Of a DNA stretch of 64,000 nucleotides, positions 36,379-47,763 are shown piece after piece. Below the pieces are notes generated by a model that worked only from the letters and a program-made list of their open reading frames with translations, did not search any database and was not told the origin of the DNA. A program made the position numbers and the translations under genes. Location of the stretch: positions 62,001 through 126,000 of IMG/VR virus record IMGVR_UViG_3300031521_001337. The stretch is one strand, 5' to 3'. Numbering within the stretch: position 1 is the first letter of the stretch; each line of letters begins with the position of its first letter.

Positions 36379-36681
36379 ATGGATGAGAATACAAATATAA
36401 ATACAGACGGGATTCAATTACCCGTTGCAAAAATACCTGCATCAGAAGCAATTCAAGGTACAGGAACTTTAAAACCTATAACATATCCTATGGTTGAAGA
36501 GTTAACTTTTAGAGCAGTTATTAAAAGTGAAGCAGAAGGATATGCTTTATTACGAGCAGTTCAAATAATTGTAAATGAATTTGGAGCAGAATCTTTAATA
36601 ACCGTAATGGCTACTATGGAAAAGAAACCTGAATTATTACAAAAAGCAAAACAATATTTACCTTATATAAATATATTATAA
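36379..36681 (+). CDS. hypothetical protein
   Basis: 100 aa ORF. Confidence 0.65.
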   Translation: MDENTNINTDGIQLPVAKIPASEAIQGTGTLKPITYPMVEELTFRAVIKSEAEGYALLRAVQIIVNEFGAESLITVMATMEKKPELLQKAKQYLPYINIL

Positions 36682-37164
36682 ATGTTTGAAATAAAAATAC
36701 ACAGTGCAGTTGATCTTATTACTAATTCATCAACTACAATATATACATTTCATGATGGATGTATTGGACCTTTGAAAGAATTAATAAATGAGATGTTATC
36801 AGTACTTAATCATGGTGAAAAATTTGATGATATAATGATTGCCGGAGTCTTTTTAGATTCTTACAGATATATTGATACTTTTGAAGATCATAATGAAATA
36901 GGTGAATTTACTTATGAGGAATGTATAAATATTCCTAGAGGTACATTGACTCCTTATGATTATGTAAAAGCTATCATTGAAGATATATTACATAATCGAG
37001 TTGATAAACCTGAATGGATGACTAGAGTTGAAGAATATGTTAGAGATGATAGTTATGCTGATTCTAACTTATATATTGTGGCTAAAGATCCTATTTACCA
37101 ACCATTGTGTGATAAATTATTACGTTTTTTAAACAGTTCTGAATCAGCTGAACATTATGATTAA
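36682..37164 (+). CDS. hypothetical protein with N-terminal DLITNSST motif
   Basis: HSAVDLITNSSTTIY; overlaps the radical SAM gene. Confidence 0.75.
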   Translation: MFEIKIHSAVDLITNSSTTIYTFHDGCIGPLKELINEMLSVLNHGEKFDDIMIAGVFLDSYRYIDTFEDHNEIGEFTYEECINIPRGTLTPYDYVKAIIEDILHNRVDKPEWMTRVEEYVRDDSYADSNLYIVAKDPIYQPLCDKLLRFLNSSESAEHYD

Positions 37165-38017
37165 AAGAAGAAAAGAAGAAGATGCTAATTATAGAGCTAT
37201 TTGGTGTAATGGTAAAACAATTCGTTTTGCAATTGATCCAAGTAAACCTATTACTGAGTTGAAGTATCCAGAATTTTATGATGTAAAAGTTACTGGAAAT
37301 TGTGAGGGTGAATGTCCGTGGTGTTATATGGATAGTAAGAAAGAAACTCATTATGAGAATATTGTTGATAAATTTAAAACTTTCTTCAGTAATGTTTCAA
37401 AAGAACAATTACCTTTTCAAATAGCATTTGGTGGTGGAGAACCAACTTCACATCCTGATTTTGTTGAATTGATGAGAGTTTGTAAGGAAGAGTTTGATAT
37501 TACTCCAAATTATACTACTAATGGTATGTGGTATCATTTAGATGAATTTAATCCTCAAGAACAAGCAAATTTATTAAATGCTACAAAACAATATTGTGGA
37601 GGAGTTGCTATAAGTTGTCATCCACATTTGAAAAAATATTGGGATAATGCAGCAAAACTTTATGTGGGAAATGGAATTAAACTTAATTTTCATCATATAA
37701 TTTCTGATAAACAATCAATTGATGATTTTGTTAAAATTTATAATGAGTGGAAAGATAAAGTTGATTACTTTGTACTTCTTCCTTATGGTAATGTAGGACG
37801 TGCTCCTCATAAAGAAATTGATTGGGATTATCTTGTAACTCAGTTACCAGAAGACGCGAGTAAAATAGCATTTGGTGCAAATTTCTATCCTTATCTTAAA
37901 GATGGTGATCACAATATAAAGATAAGTTTATATGAACCCGAAATTATGAGTAAATTCTTAGATCTTAAAGATATGAGTATTTATCCAAGTAGTTTCAGTA
38001 ATGAAAAAATTAATTAA
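37157..38017 (+). CDS. radical SAM protein
   Basis: CEGECPWC (CxxxCxxC), FGGGEP, YTTNG. Confidence 0.92.
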   Translation: MIKRRKEEDANYRAIWCNGKTIRFAIDPSKPITELKYPEFYDVKVTGNCEGECPWCYMDSKKETHYENIVDKFKTFFSNVSKEQLPFQIAFGGGEPTSHPDFVELMRVCKEEFDITPNYTTNGMWYHLDEFNPQEQANLLNATKQYCGGVAISCHPHLKKYWDNAAKLYVGNGIKLNFHHIISDKQSIDDFVKIYNEWKDKVDYFVLLPYGNVGRAPHKEIDWDYLVTQLPEDASKIAFGANFYPYLKDGDHNIKISLYEPEIMSKFLDLKDMSIYPSSFSNEKIN

Positions 38018-38107
38018 TATGGGATTATTACTAACATTTATAGGTGGAGTATTCACAGGAGTTATTTTAGGACTTGTGTGGTTACTTTCACAAGCTGACA
38101 GATAGTT

Positions 38108-38816
38108 ATGGAAGATGAAGAATTTTTAATGGAAGAAGAGCCAATAAGTTTTGAAACTGCTGTATTGGCTAAAGAAAAAGGATTTTTTGATCCATATCAT
38201 CCTACATTAGTGTATGATGATGCACCTCAATCTCTTTTACAAAGATGGTTAAGAGAAAAACATAAAATACATATTACAATTTATTCTTGTTCTCAAGAAT
38301 CTTGGATGTATAATATAACAACACCTCACCAACAATTACCTGATGGTATATATGGAGAAGACTTTGAAGATTATGAAGATGCATTAGAAGATGCTTTACA
38401 AGAATCTTTAAAAACAATTTAGCATGTTAAGATACGAAACAAAGAAAATAATTAATTCATATGATCTTGATAGATTAATTAGAGAAACTTACGGAAAACC
38501 TTATATGTTTCAACAACAAGATGGTTGTAAAAGTAGAGGAGTAGATTATATAACAATACCTGTAAGAGAACCCGATTATTATGAAAATACTTCATTAGAA
38601 TTTGAAATAAATGGTGATGAAATGGGTGTTTCTTTTGATACTTGGTTAAATACTACAGTTGAAGAAATAAATGAACTTCATCCTGAATCTTATAAAGGTC
38701 AAAATGATTTATGGTGGGAAAGAAACTTTTATCCACATATTGAAACAATTGTAAACGATCTTTATGAAAGAGGGTTAATTGAAGCGGGTGAGTATATGAT
38801 TAATATTGATTGGTAA
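38108..38816 (+). CDS. two hypothetical proteins (38108..38422, 38424..38816)
   Basis: The first resembles 30984..31334 (A..LK..GF...AP....WL). Confidence 0.6.
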
Positions 38817-39227
38817 TTGATGAGTAAAATATTGGTATATGCTGACGGAGCTTATTCTTCTGCAAGAAATCAAGGAGGATGGGCATTTGTTGTTGTAAAA
38901 GACGAAATTAAAATTCATTCAGCATTTTTTCCTATAACAGGAGGAACTAATAATGTTGCTGAAATAATGGCTGCATTAGAAGCTTGTTTATGGTGTAAAA
39001 GTGTTGGATATACTGAAATAACTATGTTATGTGATTCTATGTATGTTATCGGTGCTATTAGTTTAGGTAATAAACGAAATAAAAACAAAGAACTATTAGC
39101 AGAATTGGATAAAGCTGTTGAAGGAATGAATATTACATGGTCCCATGTTAAAGGGCACGAAGGAAATAAATATAATGAACTTTGTGATGTACTCGCTGTA
39201 GAGGCATCACATTTTAAAGAAGATTAG
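38817..39227 (+). CDS. rnhA: ribonuclease HI
   Basis: YADGA, TNN.AE, CDS.YV, HVKGH.GN.YNE.CD.LA. Confidence 0.92.
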   Translation: MMSKILVYADGAYSSARNQGGWAFVVVKDEIKIHSAFFPITGGTNNVAEIMAALEACLWCKSVGYTEITMLCDSMYVIGAISLGNKRNKNKELLAELDKAVEGMNITWSHVKGHEGNKYNELCDVLAVEASHFKED

Positions 39228-39232
39228 AAAAA

Positions 39233-39805
39233 ATGAGAGGAAGTGGGATTAGAACAATTGTAGAGGAAAGACCTAAGAACGTAGCAGTAATGGATGTATT
39301 TTCAAAATTGGTACAAGAAAGAATTATTTTTATTGATGGGGTTATTGATGAAGACTTAGCAAATGGCATTATTGCTCAAATGTTATACCTTGATTCATTA
39401 GACAAGGTAAAACCAATTAATATTTATATTAATACTTATGGTGGAAGTGTATATGATGGATTAGGTATATATGATATTGCTGAAAAAATTTCAGCTCCTA
39501 TTAGAACTGTAGCTATGGGTAAATGTTGTTCTATGGGAGTTCCATTAGTACTTATGGGTACAGAACGTTGTGCTACTAAACGTACAAGATTTATGATTCA
39601 TCAACCATCTGGTGGTGCTGATGGTCAAGTATCTGATATCAAAATTACACTTGAAGAAATGTTATTACTTAAGACAGAATTATATAATATTATTTCTGAA
39701 AGAACGGGACAAACTTACGAACAAGTTGAAAAAGATTGTGATCGTGACAAATGGATGAGTGCTGAAGAAGCACTAGCATACGGAATTATCACAAAAATTC
39801 TTTAA
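39233..39805 (+). CDS. clpP: ATP-dependent Clp protease proteolytic subunit
   Basis: DVFSKL..ERIIF, INT.GG, CSMG catalytic Ser, MIHQP, DRD.WM.AEEA..YG. Confidence 0.95.
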   Translation: MRGSGIRTIVEERPKNVAVMDVFSKLVQERIIFIDGVIDEDLANGIIAQMLYLDSLDKVKPINIYINTYGGSVYDGLGIYDIAEKISAPIRTVAMGKCCSMGVPLVLMGTERCATKRTRFMIHQPSGGADGQVSDIKITLEEMLLLKTELYNIISERTGQTYEQVEKDCDRDKWMSAEEALAYGIITKIL

Positions 39806-40149
39806 TGAAAAAGTCTATTGAATATGTAACTTATATAAAGGATGATTTAACTATTTTGGTTGAACCATCTGGGTTATTTGTTTATGAATCAAGTGTATAT
39901 CTTTATCATAAAGATTACTTTGCACTTTGTAATCAAAAATATTTCTCTAACCCTAGAGAAATTAATGGAGTAGTTGAATCTTTTTGGAAGACTCCACATA
40001 TTCAAATTTGTTCGGAACTATTTGCGGCTCCTGAACAATGGCTAATAGATAATGGTTTTACAAGATATACCAAACCTAAAAAAGATGAGAAAGTTACAAA
40101 CAATGTAAAGGTTAAAGGTAATGCCAAACAGAAAACTAAGTCTGATTAG
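39805..40149 (+). CDS. hypothetical protein
   Basis: 114 aa ORF. Confidence 0.6.
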   Translation: MKKSIEYVTYIKDDLTILVEPSGLFVYESSVYLYHKDYFALCNQKYFSNPREINGVVESFWKTPHIQICSELFAAPEQWLIDNGFTRYTKPKKDEKVTNNVKVKGNAKQKTKSD

Positions 40150-40624
40150 CGATACCCTCGGTACATTATTAATAAAGCAAGTAGCTCATGAATTGAAAAA
40201 TTTCAATTTATATATGAGTTTTGCTAATTATTTTAGTGTAGAAGGTGTTACTGATTTAGAAGAATATTATAGAAAACGTGCAGCTGAAGAAAAAAATCAC
40301 CACCAATGGATAATGGATTATCTGTCAGAAGCTGATTATAAATTCACATATCCTGCTGTAGAACTAAACACTGAGAAATTTGAATCTTATGAAGTACCAT
40401 TTTCACAAACTGTTGATAGAGAAATCTTGACTACACAACTGATTTATGCTATTTATGAAGCTGCGTTAGCTGAAAAAGATTTTATGACTGCTTCATGGTT
40501 ATATGATAAATTGATCAAAGAACAAATTGAAGAAGAAAACGTTTCAAGAATGGCTAAAACCATTATTGAAGAAAAAGCCGATATCTACGTCCGTGCTGAG
40601 AAGATTCTTGAACTTTTAGATTAA
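40121..40624 (+). CDS. non-heme ferritin
   Basis: Q..HE.....Y, EE..H, E, EQ.EEE ferroxidase ligands. Confidence 0.88.
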   Translation: MPNRKLSLISDTLGTLLIKQVAHELKNFNLYMSFANYFSVEGVTDLEEYYRKRAAEEKNHHQWIMDYLSEADYKFTYPAVELNTEKFESYEVPFSQTVDREILTTQLIYAIYEAALAEKDFMTASWLYDKLIKEQIEEENVSRMAKTIIEEKADIYVRAEKILELLD

Positions 40625-40799
40625 ATATGAACTATTTAGTATTAAATGAAGAAGAGGAACTACTCGATGTACTTAATTTTAATTCTGATAAAGAATTAAA
40701 TGACTATAAAACTGCAAACCCTACTCACATTATTAAAGAAGAAAAAGATCTAATTATTGATGAAGATGACTTTTTTTACGATGATGATGATGAAGCAGT

Positions 40800-42439
40800 G
40801 TGGTAGAACAAGTAAAGTATGTTGAATTAGTAGCAGTTAGAGAGGGTACATATACAACATATGTTTTTAAAGATTTTAAATCTCATGAATATATTATGTG
40901 TGCAAAACCCCCTAACTGGCAAGTTCCAGAAATAAGTGTTGGGGATAAAGGCTTTGTTAATTATCAAGTTGTTGAGGCGGGTGATGAATATGTTACTCCG
41001 GAAGGAGAACGAATGGTTTATAAATACTCCAGTATTTATTTCTTGAATTTTGTAAATAAAACAGATGTTTTAAAAAATAAAGAAATAATATTGTAAGATA
41101 TGAGTACATTGATAGAAGAAAAAATGAAAGAAGCGATTGGTAAAAAACAAGTAGACATTAATACGTTTATTTGGAAAGGTAATAAAGTTCTTGATGAACA
41201 GGGAAAATACAAACAAACCGAAAAGAAATTAACGGCTATGATTGAATATGAACTGAATGAATGTTATGACCATTGTAAAACTATGCTATTTAACAAGGAT
41301 ATTCAAAATCCTGGTAGATATGTAGTTTTAGAAACAATTGCAGACCAGAAAGATAAGTGTGGAGCTGAACTGTTTTTGAGATATGTTGATCAAAAAAATA
41401 ATTTAAGTCGTTTTACACTATTAGGATCAATAAATGAATTCCTAAAAAACAACAAAGAAGCCTTTAAGAATTACAAACCTGTGGTAGGCGATGTATTTTC
41501 GGGTGTACCTAATGAATTTACAAAAATTCCATTGAGTATGATTATAGACGGATGTCTTGATCGATTAGGTACTTTTAATAAAAAACACATAACTAGAACA
41601 TTCATCCTTAAACAAGGAATCTGGTTGACTCCCTCTGAATCTAAAGAACTTGCAGAATCTGAAGCTGGTGAAACTAGAGATCGATTAGAAGTTATTAGAG
41701 AACGTTTGAATATTAAAGACATTGAGAAATTGTATATTAACTCTAAAGGTTTGAACTATACACAAATGCGAGCAATGCTTAATATTAAACCTAATAAAAA
41801 ATATATGGATCTAACAACTCATCAATTGGAAACTTTAAGATATAGAATCTTATTTAGCCTTGAAGAAACTGTTAAAGATCATATTTCAGCATGGGAAAAA
41901 AGAATGGAGGAAATCGAATCAGTAGCTGAGTTTAAAGGATTTAAATTATAAAAAATGGAAAGAGCAATTGTATTACCAGAAGCAACTAATAGTCATATTT
42001 ATCCAAATCTTATTGAACCTGGACCTAATAAAATGATTATTGTATATCTTGATAATAACATGGTTGGATTTATTGAATATATAGATTGTGATTGGTCTTT
42101 AATAATTGGAACAGAATGGAAAGATTCTGATTCTAGTTTAGAAACTCTTATTAGAGATAATCCTCAATATACTTATAGACTAATTGAATCATGACAAGTA
42201 GAATCATAACTAAAGAGTTAGTGGATGATGTTCAAAAAGGAGAGTTCTACGGAATTCTCCTTATTTTGAATGAAAGCAATGACGTTATAGGATTTGTTTA
42301 CCACTATGAAGAAAAAGAAGTTTGGGTTATTGAAACTGTAGATTTTTTATCTGATGATTTCGGTACATTTAATGAATTATGGGATTATTGGGAAGTTAGC
42401 CCAGATTTCGATGATTTTAAAATGATTGTGAGAGAATGA
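40800..42439 (+). CDS. four hypothetical proteins (40800..41096, 41100..41951, 41955..42194, 42191..42439)
   Basis: ORF track, directly upstream of the polymerase. Confidence 0.65.
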
Positions 42440-44355
42440 TAAGTGAAGTGTATGATATCGAATGTTTAAGTAATTTATTTACTTATACAGGTTACTGTAG
42501 ACAAACAAAAGATTATCATCAATTCGTAATTCATAGTTCTCGTAATGATTACATTGCTTTTATAGCACATCTTCGTCGTGAGAAAGATATGATAATGATT
42601 GGATTTAATAACGATAGTTATGATTATCCAATTCTTCATCATCTCATTAATCACTACGATGAGTATCAATTTTTAAGTGGTTATGAATTATCTCAAAAGA
42701 TATATACAAAATCACAAGAAATAATTGCTACTCAATTTTCAGCTGTAGCTGAATGGAATAAACATATCAAACAAATTGATTTGTTTAAAATATGGCATTT
42801 TGATAATGTCGCCAAAGCAACTTCACTGAAAAATCTTGAAGTAGCTATGAATTTACCCTTAGTCGCCGATATGCCATTTGAACATACTGAATGGATTGAT
42901 GCAAGTCAAATTGCAGCAGTTCTAGAGTATAATAAAAATGACGTGTATGCGACTAACGTATTTTTGGACATAACTCAAGGAGATACTGAACTTAGTAACT
43001 ATAAAGGAAAAAATAAATTGTATCTAAGATATTTGATTAAACACAAATATGGAATTGATTGTATTAATTACAACGATATTAAATTAGGTACTGAATTAAT
43101 TTTAAAACTTTATTGTGATAAATTTGGTTTCAATATGAAAGAAGTTCGAAAAGCTAGAAGTTACAGACCTCTAATTAAATTAGATGATTGTATTCCAGCT
43201 TGGTGTGACCTACGAACTAAACCTTTCTTAGGATTGGTTGAAAAGTTTCGATCAACACATATTCATGATGCTATTTTAAAAGGTGTATTTGCACATAGTG
43301 TCATATATAATCAAACAAAAATAGATTTTGGTGCAGGAGGAGCTCATGCTTCAATTAAAGCTGGAGTTTATAATGCAGATGATTATTATATGATACTTGA
43401 TGTAGATGTTGATGCAATGTATCCAATGTTAGGTATTTCACAAAGAGTATTTCCTGAGCATTTAGGATCTGAATTTGTGGATATCTACGATGGAGAAATC
43501 GTTTCTAAACGTTTAGCTGAAAAGAAGAAACCGAAAAAGGAACGAGATTTTGTAATTGTTGAAGGATTTAAACTTGCTGCCAATGGAAGTTACGGTAAAA
43601 CTAATTCTGAAGACAGTTGGTTATATGATCCGTTGTATACCTTAACAACGACCATTAGTGGTCAAATATTCATCTCAATGTGGATGGAGAAAGTATGTGA
43701 AAAATTTGATGATGTTACAATTATTCAAGTAAATACTGATGGTTGGACTATGCGTATTCCAAGAAAACATCATGAAGGTATTTTGCAGTTGTCTACTGAA
43801 TTATGTGAATCTGTAGGATTAAGTTATGAAGCTAACTATTATAATAAAATGGTAATTAGAGATGTTAACAACTATTCTGCTAGATATATTGATGGAAAAA
43901 TTAAAGCTAAAGGCGATTTTGAAATTGATAGAGAATTACATAAAGATCCATCAATGAAAGTTGTACGTATTGCATTAGAGAAGTATTTCTTTGATGGAAT
44001 ACCTGTAGAAACTACTATTAGAAGTCACACCAATATTTATGATTTTGGAATGAGATTAAGAACTAATAGAGATTCTACTGCACAGTATAAATATATTGAT
44101 GAAGAAGCTCAACAAATAAAAGTAATGGATTTAAGTAGAACTACCCGATATTATATCTCCAATCACGGAGGATCATTAAGAAAGAATTTTAATAATGGTA
44201 AGATATCTGGAGTGAATATAGGATTTATAGTTACGATATTCAACACCTATGTTGAAAAACCTATGGGTGAATATGATATAAATTATGATTTCTATATACT
44301 TGAAGCCAAGAAAATTATTAATCAAATTGAATCAACTCAGTTATCATTATTCTAA
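42436..44355 (+). CDS. family B DNA polymerase with 3'-5' exonuclease
   Basis: YDIE, GFN..SYD, YN.ND; motif A DVDAMYP, motif B KLAANGSYGK, motif C NTDG. Confidence 0.93.
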   Translation: MISEVYDIECLSNLFTYTGYCRQTKDYHQFVIHSSRNDYIAFIAHLRREKDMIMIGFNNDSYDYPILHHLINHYDEYQFLSGYELSQKIYTKSQEIIATQFSAVAEWNKHIKQIDLFKIWHFDNVAKATSLKNLEVAMNLPLVADMPFEHTEWIDASQIAAVLEYNKNDVYATNVFLDITQGDTELSNYKGKNKLYLRYLIKHKYGIDCINYNDIKLGTELILKLYCDKFGFNMKEVRKARSYRPLIKLDDCIPAWCDLRTKPFLGLVEKFRSTHIHDAILKGVFAHSVIYNQTKIDFGAGGAHASIKAGVYNADDYYMILDVDVDAMYPMLGISQRVFPEHLGSEFVDIYDGEIVSKRLAEKKKPKKERDFVIVEGFKLAANGSYGKTNSEDSWLYDPLYTLTTTISGQIFISMWMEKVCEKFDDVTIIQVNTDGWTMRIPRKHHEGILQLSTELCESVGLSYEANYYNKMVIRDVNNYSARYIDGKIKAKGDFEIDRELHKDPSMKVVRIALEKYFFDGIPVETTIRSHTNIYDFGMRLRTNRDSTAQYKYIDEEAQQIKVMDLSRTTRYYISNHGGSLRKNFNNGKISGVNIGFIVTIFNTYVEKPMGEYDINYDFYILEAKKIINQIESTQLSLF

Positions 44356-44371
44356 ATATATGTTAATTTAG

Positions 44372-44402
44372 TTGTATATGTCAAGATTTTTTTGTATCTT
44401 TG
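44372..44402 (+). promoter_or_regulatory. Bacteroidota sigmaA-type promoter
   Basis: TTG-N20-TATCTTTG upstream of the helicase. Confidence 0.7.
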
Positions 44403-44458
44403 TGTAGATAAATTTTTAATCAACCAAGTACTTAAAAGTATGATAATAAATTTTTTAA

Positions 44459-45691
44459 ATGACACTTGATAGAACCGAGCGTCAAAAAGAAGGAGTTAGA
44501 AAGTGGATGGCGAATGGCTGTAGAGGTAGTTGGATGTATTGTACCGGATTCGGGAAAACATTTAGTGCCATTATGGCTATCAAAGCATTTCTAACTAAAA
44601 ACAAAGATCGAGTTATTGTGGTTGTTGTACCTACTGAACATTTAAAAATTCAGTGGATTCAAGAACTATCGAAACACAATCTTCTTTATGCAGTATCTGT
44701 TGAGATAATTAATACTGCTGCAAAAATAAAATCCGAAGTTGATTTTATTTTATTAGATGAATGTCATAGATATGCATCTGATACTTTTTATAATATATTT
44801 CAAAATAGACAACCGAAAATAGTATTAGGTTTGTCAGCAACTTTTAGTAGACTTGATGGTAGACACGAATTACTTGAGCGTTATTGCCCAGTATGTGATA
44901 CAGTTACTGTTAAAGAAGCTATTGAAAACAAATGGTTATCCCCTTACGTTGAGTATAAGATAATTATTGAACCTGATGATATTGAAATATATAAAAAGGC
45001 AAATAGAGAATTCAATGAAGCGTTCGCTGTATTTGATTTCGACTTTAAGTTAGCTATGGATTGTATGACTAACATAATTGCCCGTAGAATATATGGAAAG
45101 AAAATGGGTATGGCTGTTGCAGAATTAGATGCAGTTGTTTTTACTTGGGGAAGAGCTTTACGTGCTCGTAAGAAATACGTAATGGAACATCCTAAGAAAA
45201 TAGAAATTGCTCGTAAAATTTTAGCTGCCAGACCAAATGAAAAGGCAATTACGTTTTCGTCAACAATAGCACAAGCTGAAAAGATTGGTGGAGGATTTGT
45301 TGTCCATTCTGGTAACACTAAAAAGAAGAACAGAATAACAATGGAAGATTTCGCTAAACTATCAACAGGTGTTGTACATACTGCGAAAAGTTTGGATGAA
45401 GGTGCTGATGTTAAAGGTTTAAGTGTTGCAGTTGTATTATCTAATACATCCTCACAAACTCAGAAAACTCAACGAGTTGGAAGAGTTATACGGTATGAAG
45501 AAGGTAAGAAAGCTGAAATATTTACACTTGTTATCAAGGGAACTATGGAAGAGGGATGGTTTAGTACATCATCAGCAGGTAAAAGTTATATAGAAATAAC
45601 TGAAGCTGAATTAGATGAAATACTAGACTTCAATGAGTCTGAAAATTTGGTTCATGAAGCCAAAGAAGTAGGTCAAATGTTTAGATTTTAG
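44459..45691 (+). CDS. superfamily 2 (DExH) helicase
   Basis: TGFGKT, DECH, LSAT, LDEG.D, QRVGRVIR. Confidence 0.93.
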   Translation: MTLDRTERQKEGVRKWMANGCRGSWMYCTGFGKTFSAIMAIKAFLTKNKDRVIVVVVPTEHLKIQWIQELSKHNLLYAVSVEIINTAAKIKSEVDFILLDECHRYASDTFYNIFQNRQPKIVLGLSATFSRLDGRHELLERYCPVCDTVTVKEAIENKWLSPYVEYKIIIEPDDIEIYKKANREFNEAFAVFDFDFKLAMDCMTNIIARRIYGKKMGMAVAELDAVVFTWGRALRARKKYVMEHPKKIEIARKILAARPNEKAITFSSTIAQAEKIGGGFVVHSGNTKKKNRITMEDFAKLSTGVVHTAKSLDEGADVKGLSVAVVLSNTSSQTQKTQRVGRVIRYEEGKKAEIFTLVIKGTMEEGWFSTSSAGKSYIEITEAELDEILDFNESENLVHEAKEVGQMFRF

Positions 45692-45694
45692 AAT

Positions 45695-46691
45695 ATGAAT
45701 GGAATGTATATTTTAGACGGAAAAACACCTGTTAAATGTGATGATTTAACAGAGTGGTCGATACAGATGTCAACAATGAACAGAATAGTCGCAAAGACTG
45801 TTATTGGTTGTGCTGAAGTTTCAACAGTATTTTTAGCTATAGATCATCAATTTGGTGACGGTGTTCCGTTATTATTTGAAACAATGATCTTTGGTGGAGA
45901 ATACGATATGTATCAAGATCGATATTCAACATGGGAAGAAGCCTTAATTGGTCATGACTGTGCTTGTGATATGATTAGATAAGTTTTTTATAAACCCACA
46001 ACTTACCAAAAACCCATTATTACAATCCCTTAAAGGATATTACAGGAAAGGAAAGCGTAGTTTTAAACTACAATTAATGCAACAATTTGAACTTTCTTCG
46101 AAAGAAGAAATCAATATTTATATAAATAGCGGGTTAACACCTACAGAACTATTTATATTACGATTACTATTTTTAGCAATTGATGGTGACTCTAGCCAAT
46201 TAATAAATTATTTGTCAAACGTTCAAGACGGAAAACAATTATTTAGACAGGTTTTAGTTTCACTAAAAGAGAAGAAAGTAATACTATCAACATTTAAAGT
46301 ACCCTGTGAAGGAGAATCGTTGAACTATCAAAATATACCTTTTAATAAGAATTTTATTAAAATGTATGCTCGAGAATCTAATGAGATTGGAAAAGAGTTA
46401 TTTGATGCTTACCCACCTTTTATCAATATTAATGGTAAAATGTGTAGCATTAAAAACTTTACCAAAGCTGGTTTGTACTCGTTTGATGAGTTTTGTTTAT
46501 ATTATTCGAAGGCGATAAAGGCTGCTGGAGTAACTCATGAAAGAGTTATGAATGCCCTTGAATATGGAAAAGAGCATAATTTAATTGCTTATTCTATCAT
46601 TGAATACATCGCATCTCATAAATGGGTTGAGATTGAATATATAAGAGATAGTGGTAATGTGAATGGCTACAATAATTCAGAACTATTGTAA
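45695..46691 (+). CDS. two hypothetical proteins (45695..45982; 46077..46691, possible replication/helicase-loader factor)
   Basis: The second is coupled to the DnaB-like helicase. Confidence 0.6.
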
Positions 46692-47761
46692 TGGGTGTAG
46701 CTAAATTATATAAAAACGTAAAGAGGGGTCAACAAGGTAAAAATATTGGAATTTCAACTGGAATTCCTAAATTGGATAAAGTAATTTATGGAATCCAAAA
46801 GAAATATCTTTATACCATTGGGGCTGATACCTCGGGAGGTAAGACATCATTCGCGCTTGATGTCTTTATTTATAATCTTATTAAGAATGCAGGAAATACT
46901 CCCATTTCCATTTTATACTATTCTTTTGAAATGGCTGCCGATGTGCTATATGCCAAATTGTTATCGCGTCATATATGGGATGCATATGGAGAAATTGTAA
47001 CCTATGAGGATATTTTATCTCTTACATCACCAATATCTGACCGTCACATGGAGCTTGTGCGCAGGTCCGAAGGATGGTTATTAGGATTAGAGAAACATCT
47101 TGTTATCTATGACAAAGCATTAACACCTAATGGAATTTATGTAACTTGTAGAAATTGGCTAAGTCAATTCGGCGAATTCATTCAAGTTGATGAACACACT
47201 GAGGACTATAAGGATAGTGATCCTAGTCGTTATAAGGTTGTTCTCATAGATCACGTTGGTCTTATAAGTGGTACTGACTCTAAAAAAGTTAGGATTGATA
47301 CAGTAGTTGATACTATGATTTATTTAAGAAATAAATGTGGTTTAACTGGCGTATTTGTTCAACAATTAAATAGAGGTGCTAAGTCAATGGAGAGAAAAAA
47401 CTCCGGTTATGAACTTATCCAATTGGATGATTTCAAAGACACTTCTGGAACTACTGATGGTTCTGAGGTTGTTATAGGTCTATACTTCCCTCATAGAGAA
47501 AAAATTGCTAGATGCGAGGGTTATCCAATACAAAACATACTAAAGAAACGCTTTAGGTTATGTCAGATTCTTAAGAATCGTTATGGACAGTCTGATGTTA
47601 ATTTAGGATTAGGTTTTTATGGAGAAATAGGAATGTTTAGAGAATTACCTAAACCAGAGGAAATTGGCGATTATGAGCCATACTTAACGTTAAATCATAG
47701 TACACAGATAAATACGAAACCAGATGAAGAAATTGATGAAAAAAACGTATTTAAATTTTAA
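46691..47761 (+). CDS. DnaB-like replicative helicase
   Basis: STGIPKLD, GADTSGGKT, YSFEM, VLIDHVG, QQLNR, KNRYG. Confidence 0.9.
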   Translation: MGVAKLYKNVKRGQQGKNIGISTGIPKLDKVIYGIQKKYLYTIGADTSGGKTSFALDVFIYNLIKNAGNTPISILYYSFEMAADVLYAKLLSRHIWDAYGEIVTYEDILSLTSPISDRHMELVRRSEGWLLGLEKHLVIYDKALTPNGIYVTCRNWLSQFGEFIQVDEHTEDYKDSDPSRYKVVLIDHVGLISGTDSKKVRIDTVVDTMIYLRNKCGLTGVFVQQLNRGAKSMERKNSGYELIQLDDFKDTSGTTDGSEVVIGLYFPHREKIARCEGYPIQNILKKRFRLCQILKNRYGQSDVNLGLGFYGEIGMFRELPKPEEIGDYEPYLTLNHSTQINTKPDEEIDEKNVFKF

Positions 47762-47763
47762 AA

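Noticed and set aside
39233-39805. ClpP as a phage prohead maturation protease
   Set aside because: No portal, capsid or terminase genes nearby; the sequence resembles cellular ClpP.
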